Source of the DNA: Chrysomallon squamiferum
Lineage: Eukaryota; Animalia; Mollusca
DNA length: 64,000 nt
Direction of reading: 5' to 3'
Assembly (NCBI GenBank): GCA_012295275.1
Contig: CM022671.1
Span: 29,326,001 to 29,390,000 of the forward strand
Shown here: positions 41,648 through 54,609 of the stretch, piece after piece
Layout: each line of letters starts with the position of its first letter
Position numbering within the stretch: the stretch's first letter is position 1
The notes under the pieces: generated by a model
Databases searched by the model: none
Seen by the model: only the letters and a program-made list of their open reading frames with translations
What the model was told of the DNA's origin: nothing
Program-made: the position numbers and the translations under genes

Positions 41648-43543
41648 TTATTTTATTATTATTATTTATTTATTAAACACCATTACAAGTAGTAGTTAAT
41701 TATGAATAATATCTCATAAAATTAGTCTTAGAAGAATGAAAACGGTTTTGTTTCAGACTGTTACGTGAAAAATCACCTGTCAGCCTCAGTAAAACAGTAC
41801 ACAGATAAGTGTCCATGTGCGAGCGGATACTACTGTGCCTCCACCGGTGTCTTTGAAGTACCACAAGGAGAACATGGTAAAATAATTCTACAAACTTTTG
41901 AAATAACTCACTCACTCACTCACTCACACACACATACACTCACAAACACAAACACAAAGACAAATACACACACACACATACACACACATATCTTTTTTCT
42001 GGATTCCTAAATATTGTTTAATTTGATTTTTCTTTTACGTTTCAAAAATGGATTTTATTATCAAAACAATAGAATGTTCTAAAGTCAGACGGACATAAAT
42101 AATGACATGTACATACACACACAACATGAAAACACATACACACAAACATTCAGAAAGAAAACAAATATTAACAAAATTAAAGTAATAATAATAATGATTA
42201 TCTACGTCTGAACATCACCTACTGCAGGAAGATGCACTAGACAGAAGAGCATTGTTAAACAACAAGAACGACAACCGTGTCAGTCAGGCGCGGACTGCGC
42301 AGACGACGAGTGTTGTGTTTCAGACATCAGACCAATCGGAAAACGATTTACATCAGGTCATTGTGAGAAACTTGGAACAAGGCATTCTCGTAAGCTTGAA
42401 GTATTTATTTATTTAATAATAATAATAATAATAACAATAATAATAATAACAATAACAATAACAATAACAATAAAAACAACGACGACAACAGCAGCAGCAA
42501 TAGCAACAATAGCAGTGATAATGATATTATAATAATAAATATAAAAACTTTAATTATTGTTTATGACCTTAAGGATGAGAATGATGTTTATTGTGATTAA
42601 GATTAATAAATAAATAAATAAATAATAGTAAATTAGTTTATCGGATTTTCAGCCTTAGGTAATACATTCTTTCCAGAATCATCTTGTATAATTAACAGCC
42701 GGTGTATTGTAAATATGATCGCACTGCTATAGTGTTAAAGAGAAGCACATCTTATTTTTCACAAACAGAATATATTCCTCTCAGTTTATGCTTTATTTAA
42801 ATAGACTGTCTGGTGAGATACGCTGAACACACCGGTAAACCACAAGGCACAGTGTTCCAGTGTCCTTGCATACGCGGATTAAAGTGTGAAGGAATACATC
42901 AGTTTGACATCCCCCTTGGTGAAATAGGTACGTATTACCAACAGAAGTAGTAATAGTATCACCATCAACAACAATAGTGGTAGCAGTAATTGAAGTAATA
43001 GATGTAGGTGTAGTAGTGGTAATATCAGTAGTAATAATTGTAGTAGTAGTGTTAGAAGTAGTAATAGTAATAGCAGTAGAAATAATAGTACGTCATGATT
43101 TAACAATGCCGGTAAACATCTAGGCTTGTATGAGACAAAAGTATTTTAACTGACATTGTAAGGAAATGAATTTTAAGTAGCATTATTTATGAAGATAGCC
43201 CGAGTGGATGAATATCGCTGGTTCTCCACCAGAGATAGGTCTGTATCGTTGTTTGACAGCCATATCCATCCAAATGTCCGTCTGAACTATTCTCCATCAC
43301 AGGAGACTCAGCTAGTATGATATATAATTATTTCAGAATGTGTAACTTCCGTATAATATTATTTTTTATATTAATTCGTAAGACCATCACTTAACTAATT
43401 TTGGTTTTTTATTTTTGTTATTAATAATAATAATAACAATCAAATTCAACATATTGCTCATTTCTTTATATTCGGTGTACTCAGTTTGATTTGATTTTAT
43501 TGTAATTGTGATTTGATTTGATTTTTCAGGCGAGTGTATGTGA
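40556..43543 (+). CDS. Secreted precursor with two tandem 10-Cys prokineticin/AVIT-colipase-fold domains (~200 aa)
   Basis: Exons 40556-40576, 40855-41017 (donor least certain), 41757-41876, 42228-42389, 42805-42927, 43530-43543. Signal peptide MLVFLLLAAYALVVDA. Each domain has C-x5-C-x4-CC...C..LG...C...CPC-x4-C...GE-x-G-x-C, the prokineticin/astakine/ITG-like cysteine pattern. Confidence 0.8.
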
Positions 43544-43635
43544 ATGACAGAACCATTAACATTATAAGTGCCAAATGATGATTCCAAATAATCAGCGGTT
43601 ATTAAATGATATTTCTTTTTAATATCTTTTATCTG

Positions 43636-43687
<52 letters not shown>

Positions 43688-45471
43688 GTTATTGTTATTA
43701 TAAATCGAAGAAGGAAAAATAAAGAACCAAAGAGAAAAATAAATACTATTACAACAATGGTAACCTCAGTTTCTTCTAGAATTTCACGACATCGGAAAAA
43801 GAATATCTGTCTTATATAGTATCGTGTCTTGTGTATGTTCGTGTGTCCTTGAGTGTATGCTTAGAAAAATACATACATATATACATACATGTGTGAATCT
43901 TTTAAAGCGGTAACACAATAATAATAAAAAAAAGAAAAGAAAAAAAATTAGTGCAAGTAAACACCCTCTTCATACGAAAAGTAAAAGTTCACGATAACAT
44001 ATTATTTACGAGTAATGCAAAGCAAATATATTTTGAACAAATTCTTCATAAATGTATTCAACAAAAACTAATATTATCACAATTTCTAGACTGACTCTGT
44101 CATTTATGATCCCTTTTGTATATGTTTACGAAGATCACAGATAAAAATTCGAAGAGAAAGAACTGAAAGTTTTATCAAACGAGTGAAAATGGAAGAAAGT
44201 GTTCTTCAAGAAATGCGAAAATCTTTTCATCAAAAAAAAAAAGAATTAAAGAAAAGAAAAATATAAATAAATAAATAAATTTAAATTAAAAAAATAACAA
44301 ATAAATAAATAAATAAAAATTTGGGCTAAATGTGAACAGCATGAAGGATAACCATTATCTTTTTAAAATAGCCCAAGTTAAGTGAAAGTTATATTGCTTA
44401 TCATAAGTTACCATTTCTTTCTCAAGCCAAATCTGTATGAATTATTTAATGTCAGTACTTAATATAATTATGCATTCTTTTCTATGGGTAGTGATTATAA
44501 ATGCTCACATTTTACTAATCGATATTGGTAACCCATAGTGATCCTAAAAACATAACCATTATGTAAAAAAAACATTATGTTTCACAATGAATAACAATTA
44601 ATAGTGTTAACGAAATCATGAGAAAATGTAAATAACGGACTTAAGGTCTTACGGTCAGACAAAATTATCTACGATTATTTACTTATCGCCAGAAACAACC
44701 AAAACAAATGTCAAGCATTATGCAAATTGACTGTATTTTATAATATTCATTGTACATATTATTATTATTATTATTATTATTATTGTTGTTGTTGTTGTTG
44801 TTGTTGTGTTGTTGTTATTAAAATGTATGGGTAAGTAATATACAGAAAAGGTAACAAATATTAAGATAATATGAAAACTACGGACTGTTTTGTTCTAAAA
44901 TATTATGTAATAAAGAGAAAATACCTTACAAGAGTGCATAATTCAGTGATATTCTTTTATTCGATTGTGGAGATAGTCTTTACTAACAAACAAGCAAACA
45001 AATAATATATATATATATATGACAATGATAAAGGCTCATGGCGGTTCATGAAATCTAGACTGACTTGGTGTCACGAGTACACAGGAAAATACAACCTTTA
45101 AGAACCGCGGCCAAGGCTAATCAATTTAGAGAAACGATTAAAACAACCGATATTATTAAAACTGTGTTATCTTGAATTATCGCTGTGAATGCATTTTCAA
45201 ATTAAACACGAGTAAGCAGCTACGTGAAAGTTTGACAAAAAAACATTTTAAGCAAATCTGTTCTATCTCAGTGTCTTGTTTTTTCATCACTGCATAGTTA
45301 CTGAAAACAGTGACACACTAAATGGATTTACCAAACGAATAATAATAAGGAAAATATGTAAATATTTCATTCAGTAAACAATAAAAAGGCTAACCTTTAT
45401 CGCTATCGTTATCTGTCTAGATAACTTGACACTTTTTTGTACGCAAGATTTCAGTATTATAACATTTTATC

Positions 45472-45517
45472 ATGTTTTCACTTACGCTGTTGGTAAGTAT
45501 AATAATAATATAACCAC

Positions 45518-45581
<64 letters not shown>

Positions 45582-46250
45582 GTTCTTTCTTTAACTCTCT
45601 CTCATTCTCCCTTCTTTTATTCTATATACAAAAATCTGTATATCTGTGTATACGTATGTATTTATGTATGTATGTATATGTGTATGCATGTATGTATTAT
45701 GTGTCTAATATTGTAAAAACTTATTAAAACTAAATCCGTTTTAATACGATATGTCTTTTCAATGAAAATAATTATGTTATCTCTTGCAAGAGATTCACAA
45801 AGAAAAATTTAGCATTACCAAAATTCTGTTTAATTTAATATTATCTATGCACATACATAGCTGGAGCAAAATCGAGTAACTTAAAAATAAATGTTCATTC
45901 AAAGGTGATTAACAAGGTGTTTATATTGCGTGGTAACTTGAAGTCTTAACGTTCTGTTTAATCAGGTAGCATGTGCTGTCGTAGCTGATGCTGTCCTGAA
46001 CCATCCATGCCAGACAGGACTTGACTGCGACGAAGATGAATGCTGCGCGGTTCAGTTGCCTCTTAAACGAAAGATTCAAAGATTTTCTCCAAAATGTCTG
46101 AAATTAGGCAAAGAAAAAGATGGTCAGATTTTACAGTATTTGTTTATTTTGTAAATATATTCTTCGTTATTCGTAATATTTTAATGTTTATTTTATAATT
46201 AATTTGGTTATTATTAATAATAAATTTGTCAAGATGTTAACAACTTAAAA

Positions 46251-46282
<32 letters not shown>

Positions 46283-46357
46283 CAACAACAACAACAACAA
46301 CAACATGTTTTTTAAGAAATTATTCTAAGCTAAGTATATAAACCATTTGGACATGGG

Positions 46358-46417
<60 letters not shown>

Positions 46418-47314
46418 GTTGTGGTAGTAGTAGTTGTTGTAGTGGTAGTATTAGTCGTAGTACTAGCAACAGTAATAGCAATAACAAGTTCAGGCGGTAA
46501 TATTAACAGTATTTGGATATCTCTTGTTCGTTGTACTAAATAGTCACAGAACAAAACAAAAAACAAAAAAAAGTAGCTTGCATTTCTGTAAACCCATTAT
46601 AAGTGTCAAATGTTGGTCGCTAACCACATTTGCAATACACAAAATCCATTAACAACTCTGTTTGATCATTCCAGTTAAGTTACACATTTTATTTAATTAT
46701 TTCAGACTGCTATGTGCAGTACCATCTGTCCCCAAGTGTAAAGCAGTATGTGGATTTGTGTCCATGTGACTATGGATTTTTTTGTGCTTCGACAGGAATT
46801 TTCGAAATACCCAACGGAGAACATGGTGAAATAAAATCAGCATTTTTACATTTGTTCACTTGTCATTAATTGTGTTGATGGGCAGATCGCACACTTCGTA
46901 TCTGTTTTAATTATTTTTACCAGACTGAATTGGATTTAATTCTCTTTCTGGTTGATTTCATTTAAAATAATTTTTATTATAATATATTCTTTAGATATTC
47001 AATAGAAAATCACTTTTTAAATTGTTATATTGTAGTAATTAGATTGGTATTAGGCTAACACTACTGGCTCTAACATTATGTTTCATTCAAAATAAATTAA
47101 ATTTATATTAGATCTGAGTCAGAATGTGTACGGTTTTACACAAAATAACAAGATCAAACGTCTAACTGTTTTTAATGTTGTAATCAAAATTTCAGGAGAA
47201 TGTACACCAAACAAACTCGTAGGAAAGAGACAAGAAAGACAACTCTGTCAGTCTCGCGCAGACTGCACAGCAGACGAACTCTGTGTTTCGGGTCTTTGTG
47301 AGAAACTTGGGTAA
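45472..47314 (+). CDS. Paralogous secreted prokineticin-like precursor (~138 aa): one full 10-Cys domain plus a truncated 4-Cys C-terminal peptide
   Basis: Exons 45472-45492, 45966-46122, 46706-46825, 47196-47314. Same exon phases and similar exon sizes as the upstream paralog (first and third identical at 21 and 120 nt). Signal MFSLTLLVACAVVADA; ends ...LCEKLG*. An alternative splice 47310/47622 gives the same C-terminus. Confidence 0.78.
45519..45577. repeat. (CT)n microsatellite
   Basis: Near-perfect run in intron 1 of the second prokineticin-like gene. Confidence 0.9.
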
Positions 47315-47332
47315 AGAAATTCACGTAAAACA

Positions 47333-47365
<33 letters not shown>

Positions 47366-49358
47366 AATAAATATTTTTATTTTTATTTAGAATGTTGTTT
47401 ATGGTTAAATGCAAATATCTCTATTGTTTTTTCTTTTTTTTTTAAAATAATATTATCTATGTTTTATTCTTTAGTTTGAATCTTGAATTTTTTTTTTTTT
47501 TTTTGGCTGATTTCCAATTTTTACTCTTTTAAAATACATATACTGGTTTCTTTTCTTTCAAACAAAATTACAGCTGTAAATACCGATATATCAATTTTAT
47601 ATTAATTAATTTTAATTTCAGATAAATGTCTGTAGTGTATACACAGTATGGTTAAGTATCCAAGCTAATTTCCTTGAATAAACAGATCTGTAATACAAGA
47701 TTTTTATTTTAGAATTACTCTGATAATTTTAATTTAATTTTTTTGTTGTTTTTATTTATTTATTTGTTTATTTATTTATTATTATTATATATATATATAT
47801 ATATTTTTAGCAATACAATTTTTATTATTAAACCAAAATGTTAAAACATATGTTACTGCATCTATCCTTTGTAATGCGACAGTTAGACAGTTTACTGTTA
47901 ACATGGTGTTATGAAACTATATAGTATGTTCTTTTATTTCATCCGTCTTATGTAGTGAATTTATCTACACGATAAATAGGCAAGGGATCGTTTATGTGCA
48001 AATTTTCTTTGTCATTCAAATTATGGAATACTGGACAGAGAAGAAGTGGCCTAGTTCACACTAGGAGTATGTTTTTCACCAAAATCATATTCTTTAAACT
48101 GTGCAGATGTAATCTGAATATATGACTTCATCATTATCGTATTTAGAAAGCATTGGTTGCAGGAATAATAAATATGATCAAGGAATGATTTAAAGTATGG
48201 ACTGAATGGTTCTAATCGCTTAATAATGTCTAATTTCTTGATATGATTACAATAACGTAAATATTTGTATTGCGCCCAAAGCAATGATAATTTTCTTCAA
48301 AGAACGTTTCCATTTAATTTTTATATGATTTCCCTACTCATACTACTGAAATGTATAAAATGTCACATTAACAAATGGTTTAAATACATTTTATATGATT
48401 TTAATAGATTGTTTAATCTGAGACCAACTTTTCCTATAATACGAGGAAGATATGCGCAAACGGTACTTTGTTCTTCTTGCTTTGTTTTTGTAATGTCGTA
48501 ATCTGATAAAAATGAAAAGAAATGCTATTAGAGAAATATATACTAGGAGCAAAAGCTTGTGGGAATGATTAAACAATGGTGCCGCGGCTAAAGCTAGGTT
48601 TAGACTTATCTGCCGTAGTACATTAGTCCCCAAACTGACATTAAAAAAGCAAAAACAACAACAACAACAGTAAGAAGAAGAAGAATAAGAAGTAGAAGAT
48701 GAAAACGAAGAAGAATGAGACCACCCTCAACCCCCAGAAGAAAACTCAGAAGAAAACCAGCAGTAAGTAAATGGTTGGCAGTTATTTAATAGAGATTCGG
48801 AAGTTCCAGTCTCAACACGTTTTACCATAAAACTATTTATCTGACACTCTATATAAATTTAATCAATAATTTAAAAGATATAAAAAAGAAATTAAAACTA
48901 AGTGATTTTCAAAATATAATCGGAAATTTTTAATTACGATCTGAAAATTACATCAGTTTTTCAGACAAGTTGTAATGAATTAAAATTATTTTTCCATCAT
49001 TTTACTGAAATGGAAGTTACATATTGTTTTCTTGTAGATTGAACCGGTGTAAGAATCCAGCTTCAGACAAAACTGTGATCACAGAAGTTCTTTTTCTAAC
49101 ATCTGACAGTCGCTTAGAATTCAAAATACTTCTTTTAAAAAAAATCAGAATTATAATAGTATATGTCTTAAATTGTATTACTTCATGTCTTGTTAGATAT
49201 AAATCCTTTCCCAAATTTTATATAACAACGATTAAAGTAAATAACGTGATATTTATGTAAAGGTTAGCATACATTTTTTGTATGTAAATTGTAGATATTT
49301 TATTATTAATTAACTAATCAATTAATTCATTAATTTATTATTAGTAGTATTAGTATTA

Positions 49359-49400
<42 letters not shown>

Positions 49401-49497
49401 TTTAGTTCGTAACATTTTACTTATTGAATATAGTACATTACAGTCTTAAACATTTTTCGATAGATTAGACAGTCTCGGTATACCAAGCTGTTTACGT

Positions 49498-50425
49498 CTA
49501 TGGAATGATCTTTGTTTTGGTAACTTTATGTCCCAGAACGTCCTCCAAGGTAACCTCAACTTCTGAAGCTGACCCGACGTTCAGCTTGACACTGCGCGTC
49601 TCAGAATCGACATCAGCGGCGACTGGATACGGGTCGCGATCCACCGACACGCTGTAACTGAACTGAGGCGTCTCTTGTTGGTCCACGTGCCAGGTAACCT
49701 CGTCGTGCGTCGCAGACGTGATTGTGAAATGAATCGGTCTTTTGTGCGGATGGCTTGGAATGTCGTGGTTGTGAAAGACGTGTTTCCGTCCCACGATGTA
49801 TGGAGCGGGAGTGAAGTGGTCCCCTGTCTGCATGAAGAAGTACCCGTTTTTAACGCCAGCGTTGTAGTTGTCGTTGTACTGGGCGGTGTGCGCTCCGTGA
49901 TTGACACTCCAGTGTCCGGTAATGAAGGGAAACCACGAGCGATCCTTGCGGCGCTTGAATCCGTGTCTGTAATGGACCTCTCTTGGAGGCTCCCCGGTCC
50001 CAGCCCAGTCTTCAATAAAACATCCAGTCGAGTGCATGAAGTCAACTTGCGGAGACGGGTATTTCATTGTAACCAGGTGCGTCCACTTGTTCCCTGTGAG
50101 GTCGTGAACCCAGTACCCGAAGAAAGTGTGATCCTGGTGATCCCATTTCCTCACAAGATTCGTGTACCACTGGTCGAGTTCCCAGCCTAGAGTAAAATTC
50201 GAGGATTTCAGTCCCGTACCTTCGTGGCTAAAGTGGGCCACTTCTGTTCCTGGACCTTTGAACGAAGCCTCGATAGGTATATCTGGATGTAATATGGATG
50301 ACCACATGGAAAAATGTAGTTTTTCCCTTCGGGGTGAGTGTGGTTTTGAATCCCACAGTAACCTCCTCCTTCGATTCCGCCATTCCAGACGAGAGTCGCA
50401 CAGTACGTCTTGTCAGAATCCGCTG

Positions 50426-50464
<39 letters not shown>

Positions 50465-50608
50465 ATTTAAAGATTATTAGATCTATAGTTCAAAAACGAA
50501 ATTCCGTGTAGCACTGTATTAAAAAATAAACATTCACACCCACCCGTCCCGCTCACACACATTTATATATACACATACAGACAGAGGCACACACATATGT
50601 ACAAAAAA

Positions 50609-50639
<31 letters not shown>

Positions 50640-50782
50640 TACCTATTCACAAAATGTAAATATAAAGATTATACATGTTTCTTATTCAGTAAACTTAATT
50701 AAATAACGGGATTTATATAATAATAATAATAATTAATTAATTAATAATTAATGTATTTATTTATTAATGCAATAAAATACAA

Positions 50783-50817
<35 letters not shown>

Positions 50818-50950
50818 AAGTCATATTTATAACATTCATTCTTTACGAAGCAGTCCACTGACCTTCTTTTGGAACAAACACATCTTGCATAATGATGTCT
50901 CCATGGAAATGATCCTCGTATCGAAGCCAACAGGCGGGCGCTCTGGCCAT
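49498..50950 (-). CDS. DUF3472/DUF5077-like protein, copy A (337 aa if a 1-nt homopolymer deletion at 50310-50314 is corrected; otherwise a frameshifted pseudogene)
   Basis: Exon 50950-50863 ([29 protein letters not shown]) plus exon 50422-49498. Motifs GGYCGIQ, YIFS-x-W, FSHEGTG and FIEDW are shared with copies B and C. The frame breaks at YIF, where there are 5 T against 6 T in the paralogs. Confidence 0.7.
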
Positions 50951-50975
50951 CTTTACTGTTTTTAATTTTGGAAGA

Positions 50976-51012
<37 letters not shown>

Positions 51013-51184
51013 TACTGACTACTTTTGAACAATAAACGATTGTATATATATATAAGAAAAAAACAAAAAACAAAACAACAACATTACAAAATGATATGGT
51101 TCAGCTAGACTAAATTAATCTCATAATACGTACTGCTAAAACTGTAACAAATCTTTTATTATAGTAAAACGTTTTTTCTTCTTA

Positions 51185-51268
51185 CCTGTTTGAAAACCCT
51201 TTTCCCCCTCCACATCAACGAAGGGGCAAAGGTAGATTTAAACTGATAACGAAAGAGTCATTTTTATA
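51185..51268 (-). promoter_or_regulatory. Putative TATA box, Inr and non-coding first exon of DUF3472-like copy A
   Basis: On the minus strand: TATAAAAA at 51268-51261, TCAGTT at 51246-51241 and a CAG|GTAAG donor at ~51185. Confidence 0.4.
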
Positions 51269-51673
51269 CAGAAAACGGAAACAGAAGCAGTTCAACACAA
51301 ACAAAGAGATCAAAGGGCTTTGTCCTGTTGCCAAACTGATAATTCGTTCAAAAATGGATGCTGACCGAAAACCGTTTTAAAGTAAACAATAACATCACGA
51401 TAATAAGCAGTTTAGAGCACGATGGTCATTGTTGCTTACGTGTGTTTATTTTTGACCGCTCGTTATATCAGATAACAGATCTGGTTCTAAACAAACTTAG
51501 GTCCGGTTTTTGCGTTGTCATGTTTACAAATGAGACATATAGTTCCTTGTAGATGTCTTTTGTTTTCTCAAGTCTTTTATGTTTTCTTTTCTGACTCTCT
51601 CTGTTTCTGACCGTCCCTCTAAATATCTATCTCCGTGTTGAGTATGTGCGTAAAGAGAGATAGTTTGATACAC

Positions 51674-51677
<4 letters not shown>

Positions 51678-51746
<69 letters not shown>
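51678..51746. repeat. (GA)n microsatellite
   Basis: Perfect dinucleotide run. Confidence 0.95.
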
Positions 51747-51751
<5 letters not shown>

Positions 51752-52203
51752 CTCTGAAACAACATAGTATTTTTGCTATATCAATTACTAATTTTAATAG
51801 TAATTTAAAACAAAACAGCTATAATGTATTTTATTAAGAACATTAAAACAAAAGCTCCAAATTAAGTATTTAATGGCTTTGTTTCATTGCCAATTGAAAA
51901 TTCAATGGACATGTTTATAATTTTATTTCTTCAGGGTTTTGGGGGTTTTTTTTCATTTATTTATTTTCATTTTTACTTTTCTAACTCTTTTGGAACATCT
52001 TCCGGTGTGTGTTCATGCTTACGGTTGTGTGTCTGTGCATAAGTATGTCTTCGTATGCGTCAGAAATCGTACTACGTACAGAAACAAACGTAAGCGTAGA
52101 GATATACATAAGAAAATTGCACATACATGTGCTTCATATGTACCTATGTACATGCAAAATATACATCATTATGTATATAAGCACATTTACGTAAATACAA
52201 ACA

Positions 52204-52244
<41 letters not shown>

Positions 52245-53130
52245 ATCCATCTATCCATCCATAAATATATATGGGCGAGTGGGTACTACACGTTAGAGCC
52301 TCGTATGGAGCATCTATCGTTTGTGAGGTCGTGACCCCTAACCTCGTCCACTTGTGCCAGTGCGTTACAGAAATAAACAGAGAATATTTATATCTAAATG
52401 CATACGTACATACATACATATACATATATATATATTCATACCAGCTGAAAACGTTAATAACACGCACAATATAATTAGTTGAAAGAATACTAATTTGACA
52501 AGTAATAAATGAAAGATAAAAGAAAGAAAAAGAAAGAAAAAACGAATAATTACTTTCTGAAAGACTTTATTATAAATACTAGTTGAAAAAAACACATACT
52601 AATAGTAATATTATAATGTCATATTAAAATTTATTGACTGATATGTTTGATATAATATGTAAATATATTTAGAATTTTGTAAATATAATATAAACTATAA
52701 CAAACTTAGATACCCCGGGATTATACAATTACTGAGATAACAAAAATTATATTAGATTAAAATTAACATGAAATTATAAAATTAATTAAAGGAAATACAG
52801 AGTTTAAATCCATATAGAATTAACAACAGATAACAAATCATTTCCGTTCATTTCTGTTTGTCACAGAGAATAAATAGGCTAAGAAAAACAAGTTTTCATT
52901 AAACAACTGAATTAGCTTCATACTGCCTATCAGTTTTATGTAAATTGTTATTGGTCCAAAATATATTTCCCACAGTTTGCATTTAGAATGATAAATTTGA
53001 CGAAAGGGGAAACAATCCCTTATAGTTACAGCTTTGATTTTATTTTATTAGCTTTGTGATTATGTTTCCTTTATATTATTCCGTTCTTTTCTTTTCTTTT
53101 GTTTTTTATTCTTCTGTTTTTTTTTGAAAA

Positions 53131-54609
53131 TTAATGTATGGCCATGGTTCTTGTAACTTTACGACCCAGGATGTCCTCCAAGGTAACCTCAACTTCTGAA
53201 GCTGACCCGACGTTCAGCTTGACACTGCGCGTCTCAGAATCGACATCAGCGGCGACTGGATACGGGTCGCGATCCACCGACACGCTGTAACTGAACTGAG
53301 GCGTCTCTTGTTGGTCCACGCGCCAGGTAACCTCGTTGTGCGTCGCAGACATGATTGAGAAGTGAATCGGTCTGTTGCGAGGATGACTGGGAGTGGCGTG
53401 ATTGTGAAGAGTGTGTCTCGTACCTAGATTAAGAGAGGGCTTGGTGTTGCCTCCGCTTTGCATCAGATAGTGGCCATTTACGACTGCAGCATTGTAGTTG
53501 TTGTTGTAGTTGGCTGTAGCGGCTTCTTGGACAACGCTGAAGTTAGCAGTCGTAAAAGCAAACCACGAATGGTCTAAACGACGTTTGAATCCGTGTCTCA
53601 GATGGACCTCTCTTTGATGCTCTCCGGTGCCCGCCCAGTCTTCGATAAAACATCCCGTAGACGTCAGGAAGTCATCGTGTGCTGACGGGTAATTCATCGT
53701 AATCAGATGTGTCCACTTGTTCCCTGTTTGGTCGTGAACCCAGTACCCAAAGAAAGTGTGGTCCTTGTGATCCCATCTTCTCACTACAGTCGTATACCAT
53801 TGGTCATCCTCCCAGCCAAGAGTTTCGTTCATCGATTTGAGTCCTGTCCCTTCACCGCCGAATTTAGACGGCACTGTCCCTTCTCCTTTGTATGCCACCT
53901 GAATTGGGTCATGAGGATGGGTTGTTGATTTCCACAGCGAAAAAATGTAGCCTTTCCCGTTGTTGAAGTAAGACTGAATTCCACAGTAACCACCAGCTTC
54001 CCTCCCAGCATTCCACTGCAAAGTACAGTAGTAGGTCTTTGGCGTGTCACCTGTAATAGAATGTTACGTGTTATCAGTAAAAAGAAAAGCAGCCACTGAA
54101 ATCTTGAGACAAGATATACTGAGACAGTTGTTTTTTAATTGCATTACATTCACATTTCAAAAAATTAATTAATGCTAGTTAATTCGTAAAAGTTTTGTTT
54201 ATTTGAAACTAGAGACTATTGTAATCTAACAACATATATTTGGTATTTATCAAAAGAGTAAATAAATAAGAGAGAAATATTATGTTCTCCTAATTTATAC
54301 AATGAAATGCATCCAAGTAAAATTCTTCGTTATTTTTCTTTATTGTTGTTTGTTTGCTTGTTTATTTATTTATTTATTTATTTTTCTGTTGTATCTGCTT
54401 ACTGAATCGTACACTTTTGTATAAATATAATTCAAACATAGCTGAACTCGAAGACTTCAGGCTAGTACGATGAAGTTCGACTGAAGTCCACTTTACGTTG
54501 AAAGATAATGCTCACCGTGTTTAGGAACCAAAACGTCCTGCATGATGATGTCGCCATGAAACCAGTCGGTGTAGCGCAGCCAGCACGACGGTGCCCTGTT
54601 TCCACCCAT
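53131..54609 (-). CDS. DUF3472/DUF5077-like protein, copy B (337 aa)
   Basis: Exon 54609-54516 ([31 protein letters not shown]) plus exon 54050-53131, joined by a phase-1 GT-AG intron. [34 protein letters not shown] resembles the DUF3472/DUF5077 family as I recall it; the family call needs an HMM search. Confidence 0.8.

Noticed and set aside
41495-43106. Poly-Leu/Ile 'membrane' ORFs (also many at 17693, 19011, 29289, 33951, 38769, 45426, 51939-52595)
   Set aside because: Translations of microsatellites and AT-rich intron sequence.
49581-50428. Overlapping and antisense ORFs (154, 171 and 88 aa), plus similar ones at 53707 and 57210
   Set aside because: Shadows of GC-rich coding exons; no independent gene structure.
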